DNA of 64,000 bases, taken from contig JBMNQN010000003.1 of assembly GCA_050944155.1 (NCBI GenBank), positions 1 through 64,000 of the forward strand. Direction: 5' to 3'. Positions 60,458 through 64,000 of this stretch are shown piece by piece. This DNA comes from Candidatus Methanomethylophilaceae archaeon (GTDB taxonomy: Archaea > Thermoplasmatota > Thermoplasmata > Methanomassiliicoccales > Methanomethylophilaceae). The notes below the pieces were generated by a model. That model had not been told where the DNA came from and searched no databases. It saw only the letters and a list, made by a program, of their open reading frames with translations. Numbering within the stretch: the stretch's first letter is position 1; every line of letters starts with the position of its first letter. Both the position numbers and the translations under genes were made by a program.

Positions 60458-60850
60458 TCACGGTTTTGGAGGCTGCGAAACCTCCGATACGAACATGAGA
60501 GGATATCCCAGCTCCGAATCGAATCGCATCTCGGCGGTGACCGAAACGTCTTCTATTTTTATCCGCACCACGACATCTATTTTCTCTCCGGTGAGGGAAA
60601 AATAGGAGTAGCGATCCCTGGCTTTGGAGAAAACGCTGCGGTCTATACGTATCCTGACGGATTCCACGTATGGCTGGGCTCCGACGCATTTTTCCATGGC
60701 TCTTTCCAGGTCTTCGACGCCGTTCAGGTTCACGGGGGTTCCCACGAATTGGTGGTAAACCGTTCCCATTTTTATTCCGGCTTCGAACAGTGCGCGCTCT
60801 CTCACCGTGCAGCTGAATCTTTCGGCGGCCAAGGTTTCACGGTCTGTCAT
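60458..60850 (-). CDS. mptD: Archaeal dihydroneopterin aldolase-like protein
   Basis: RERALFEAGIK.G..YHQF.GTPV, QPY, L.YPLM; start ATG 60850. Confidence 0.82.
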   Translation of the reverse strand: MTDRETLAAERFSCTVRERALFEAGIKMGTVYHQFVGTPVNLNGVEDLERAMEKCVGAQPYVESVRIRIDRSVFSKARDRYSYFSLTGEKIDVVVRIKIEDVSVTAEMRFDSELGYPLMFVSEVSQPPKP

Positions 60851-60954
60851 CCGGAACGCGATGAGGTTCCGATTATTTTGATATGACGCATGTTTTTCGG
60901 AAAACGACCCGAAACGGCGGGAACAATTTATTAACACGATTGCATGAGGGTCCG

Positions 60955-61857
60955 ATGGAAAACATCGGGGAAAAAATCCTCAGACTGAAGGAAGAGAAGA
61001 ACGCCGTAATCATGGCACACAATTACACGATGCCGGACGTTCAGGAAGTTTCCGATTACACGGGAGACTCTCTGGGTCTTTCCCGCGCAGCCGCGAAGAC
61101 GGATGCGGACGTCATCGTGTTCTGCGGCGTCAATTTCATGGGAGAGACCGCAAAAATTCTGAATCCGGAAAAGAAGGTTCTGCTTCCCGAACCCTCGGCG
61201 GGATGTTCCATGGCGTCCATGTGCACAGGATACCAGATACGCGGACTGAGAAAAGAATACCCGGGAGCGGCGGTTGTCGCTTACGTGAATTCCACGGCGG
61301 ACGTAAAGGCGGAAGCTGACATATGCTGCACCTCGTCCAATTCCGTGGAAGTGGTTTCGTCTCTTGACGAAGAGGAAGTCATTTTCGTCCCCGATGCGAA
61401 TCTGGCACATTATACCGCGGAGCATGTTCCCGACAAGAAAATAATTCCCTTCCACGGATACTGTTCGGTGCATCACGGAATAACCGTAAGACAGATAGAG
61501 GATCTTCTGGCGGCCCATCCGGGTTCCAAGGTGATAAGCCATCCCGAATGCAGGAAGGATGTGCTGGATATTTCCGATTTCGTAGGTTCCACGGAAAAAA
61601 TGATCCGTTACGTAAAGGAATCTCCCGTTCCGCAGTTTATTGTCGCTACAGACAGGAACATGGCCCACAGGATAATGAAAGAACGGGGGGACGCGGAGCT
61701 ATTCTTCCCTCCCAACGCAATATGCCACACCATGAGAATGATGGATTCCCGTTCCGTTCTGGAGTCTCTGGAAGAAGAAAAATACGAAGTGGTTTTAGAT
61801 CCCGTAATAGCGGAGAAGGCCCGCAGGCCCGTGGAAAGAATGCTTTCCGTCCGCTGA
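60955..61857 (+). CDS. nadA: Quinolinate synthase
   Basis: AHNY, GDSL.L, FCGV.FMGETAK, AGCSMA, YVNS, CTSSN, C.VH, HPEC. Confidence 0.95.
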   Translation: MENIGEKILRLKEEKNAVIMAHNYTMPDVQEVSDYTGDSLGLSRAAAKTDADVIVFCGVNFMGETAKILNPEKKVLLPEPSAGCSMASMCTGYQIRGLRKEYPGAAVVAYVNSTADVKAEADICCTSSNSVEVVSSLDEEEVIFVPDANLAHYTAEHVPDKKIIPFHGYCSVHHGITVRQIEDLLAAHPGSKVISHPECRKDVLDISDFVGSTEKMIRYVKESPVPQFIVATDRNMAHRIMKERGDAELFFPPNAICHTMRMMDSRSVLESLEEEKYEVVLDPVIAEKARRPVERMLSVR

Positions 61858-62316
61858 TCAGCGGTACATCATTTCCCTGGCGTCTTCGGGAATCATGTTC
61901 TTGAGTTCCCCGTCGTGAAGGTCCGCCGTGTGCAGGGAAATCAGTATCAGGTGTTTAATCAGATCCTGAGACGGAACTCCGTCCCTGTAGCTCTGGATTA
62001 TTTTGAACGTGATGTACCCGTCTTCCGCGTCAAGGTGGAAGCTGCCGTTGTTTATCGTGTTGTTGATATTGTTCAGTTCCACCGCAAGTTCTTTTCTTCT
62101 GCTGGGAGGCACTTCGAACATGAGGCGGCAGTAGATGTTGAGAGTTTTGTGTTCCTCGTCCGCAGCAAGAATCATTCCCAGGGGAAGGTCGCCGCCTCCG
62201 GCGGTAAGGTAAACGGCCTCTCCTTCTTCGGCGACTTCGTAATCGTAATCAAAGCTGTCCAACGCTCTGCAGACCGCATTTTTGACGGATTTGGCTTTAC
62301 CCTTTCTCTTGAACAT
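61858..62316 (-). CDS. YbjN-like / type III chaperone-fold protein
   Basis: V..LN.IN.....GSF.LD..DG.I.F pattern; start ATG 62316. Confidence 0.6.
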   Translation of the reverse strand: MFKRKGKAKSVKNAVCRALDSFDYDYEVAEEGEAVYLTAGGGDLPLGMILAADEEHKTLNIYCRLMFEVPPSRRKELAVELNNINNTINNGSFHLDAEDGYITFKIIQSYRDGVPSQDLIKHLILISLHTADLHDGELKNMIPEDAREMMYR

Positions 62317-62453
62317 GTTTATCGCAACTGCATGGTTTTGCAGATATTTGATGTTTGATATCTTATTTTTTAACACAGTTAATATTGCACTGTACGTAAA
62401 ACGCAGGGTTCGGTTTCGGGAAATTCTTATTTCTCCGAACCCTTAGTGCGTGC

Positions 62454-62520
62454 GAGGGAAGCCGGATGAAGATATTCTGCGCTGATCCGTGATGAGCCCT
62501 ATGAGTGCCGACGGCCCCTC
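62454..62520 (+). ncRNA. Box C/D guide sRNA (sR-tMet-like)
   Basis: Terminal stems GAGGG/CCCTC and GCCG/CGGC; box C ATGAAGA 62466-72, D' CTGA 62482-85, C' GTGATGA 62489-95, D CCGA 62508-11; D-guide GCCCTATGAGTG. Confidence 0.82.
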
Positions 62521-63055
62521 AGTCGTTTTCGAAGTCGGACATGCCGATATACATGAGCAGGTCGCTCAGTTTCATTCCGTTATCCCATTTCATTATGTAA
62601 TTTCCGTTTCCGGAAACCTCCATATCGGGAATGCGTCTTCCGAGAAGTCTGCTGCGTCCTCTGAGTTCTTCGCATCCTGGCAGAGTAAATACTCTCCACG
62701 GGTCTCCTCTCACTCCTTTAAGTCTGAAGGCGTATATGGGCACCAGGTGGGATTTCCGGCATTCTTGGCTCATGTGCTGGGCCTGCTCGGTCAGACGGGG
62801 ATTTCTGCTGAAATGAAGAACTCCGTCCGCGGTGCTTTTGACTTCTATGGGAAAAGAAAAGTCCCAGCGCAGAGCCACAAGATCCACTCCCAGCGAACCC
62901 GCCGCTCTAACCACGAGAAACGGTTCTTCGAGCATGGACTCGTAAGCCTTCTTTTCGGACTCGCCGCAGGTTTTGACCATCTTCGCTACGGTTTTGGGGT
63001 CCCCGGTCAGAAGGGACTTCAGTTCTCTTTCGTAAATGTCTCCGGCGACTGCCAT
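62519..63055 (-). CDS. hjc: Holliday junction resolvase (Hjc family)
   Basis: G..YEREL, VVRAAGS..DLVA, IEVKS; start ATG 63055. Confidence 0.8.
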   Translation of the reverse strand: MAVAGDIYERELKSLLTGDPKTVAKMVKTCGESEKKAYESMLEEPFLVVRAAGSLGVDLVALRWDFSFPIEVKSTADGVLHFSRNPRLTEQAQHMSQECRKSHLVPIYAFRLKGVRGDPWRVFTLPGCEELRGRSRLLGRRIPDMEVSGNGNYIMKWDNGMKLSDLLMYIGMSDFEND

Positions 63056-63119
63056 GTCTGAAGAAAAGGGTAAGCGGTTTATAAACAGGCACACGGGGTG
63101 GCCGAAAGTACCGAAAGTG

Positions 63120-63998
63120 TCAGGGGGACAGTCTTGCGGGGTCTCTCGGGAAGAGAATGGCTTCCCTGATGTTGGGCAGATCCAGCATTTTTGTCAGCAG
63201 TCTTTCGGTTCCGATGCCCCATCCTCCGTGAGGCGGCATTCCGAATCTGAAGGCTTCCAGGTAGAATTCGAAATCTTTCGGATCGAGTCCTTTCTTTTCC
63301 ATCCTTTCCGTAAGACGGCCGATTCTGTGTTCTCTCTGTCCTCCGGAAGAGATTTCCTGCCCTTTGTAATCCAGGTCGAAAGAGTACGAGAAGGGAGTTC
63401 CGTCCTTCTCCATGATGTAGAAGGGTTTCGCTTCTTCGGGGTATTCGCATATGAAGTAGAGCTCGTAACCTTTCGAGCTCATATAGTCTCCGATTATTTT
63501 CTCGCCCTCGGTTCCGAGGTCGTCTCCGTCCTTAAGTGCCAGACCGTTTTTTCTGACTATATCTAGGCACTCGCTGTAAGTGATGCGGGGATACGGAACC
63601 GCCGGAACGTTAACGGTTTTTCCCAGAACCGAAAGCTGTTTCTTTCCCCTTTCGGAGATGCCGGAAAGAACCCTGTTTATGATGGTTTCCAGCATGTTCA
63701 TCACGTCTTCCTGGGAATCTATCCAGGATATTTCTCCGTCGAAGGAAACGAATTCGGTCACGTGGCGGTTGGTGTTGGAATGTTCCGCGCGGAAGGCGGG
63801 GGATATTTCGAAAACCCGGTCGAGACCGGAAGACATGAGCATCTGTTTGTACAGCTGGGGGCTCTGTGCCAGATACGCTTCTCTGCCGAAATAGTCCACC
63901 TTGAAAAGGGTGGCGCCGCCCTCGGCTCCGGAGGAGTTTATTTTCGGAGTGGCGACCTGAGTGAACCCGTACTCGCAGCACACTTCCGTTATTATACG
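63120..63998 (-). CDS. aspS: Aspartyl-tRNA synthetase, archaeal type (5' end outside the window)
   Basis: EGGA.LF...YF...AYLAQSPQLYKQ, FRAE.S.T.RH..EF, EISSG.QR.H, GMPPHGG.G.G.ER, FPRD. Confidence 0.94.
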   Translation of the reverse strand, partial: RIITEVCCEYGFTQVATPKINSSGAEGGATLFKVDYFGREAYLAQSPQLYKQMLMSSGLDRVFEISPAFRAEHSNTNRHVTEFVSFDGEISWIDSQEDVMNMLETIINRVLSGISERGKKQLSVLGKTVNVPAVPYPRITYSECLDIVRKNGLALKDGDDLGTEGEKIIGDYMSSKGYELYFICEYPEEAKPFYIMEKDGTPFSYSFDLDYKGQEISSGGQREHRIGRLTERMEKKGLDPKDFEFYLEAFRFGMPPHGGWGIGTERLLTKMLDLPNIREAILFPRDPARLSP

Positions 63999-64000
63999 GT

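Overview
This is an archaeal chromosome segment, most consistent with a Methanomassiliicoccales-type methanogen. The evidence is a complete F430 cfb cluster, archaeal RFC/Cdc6/Hjc/RibC/RibL/Trm1, Fhs, several Sel1-repeat genes, a BspA-LRR surface protein, and no TAG stop codon among about 60 called genes. In order, the window holds: cobalamin methyltransferases and a cobalt ECF transporter (cbiL-F-H, cbiMNQ-O1-O2); pirin; a bacterial-type RNA pseudouridine synthase; cfbC-A-E-D-B; an unusual five-gene operon (Hsp70-vWA fusion, 1004-aa J-like/Zn-ribbon/FN3 protein, Zn-ribbon GTPase, GrpE-like protein, second lidless Hsp70); Sel1 genes; fhs; gcvH; replication, tRNA and cysteine genes; the rib operon; glyA; DtxR-FeoA/feoB; gltX; a frameshifted LRR/MBG adhesin bracketed by 150-200 bp imperfect inverted repeats; ubiD-like; purA; trm1; nadA; hjc; aspS (partial). 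Non-coding signals found by reading the sequence are a repeated TTGGAT-N5-ATCCAA operator at cobalt/corrinoid promoters, a NikR-geometry site before two paralogous small membrane genes, a DtxR-type box, and a box C/D guide RNA whose D-guide points to C34 of an intron-containing tRNA-Met(CAU). The best candidate for an undescribed system is the dual-Hsp70/GTPase operon (13770-22237). The inverted-repeat-bounded adhesin cassette is second. All family calls come from motif recognition, not database searches.
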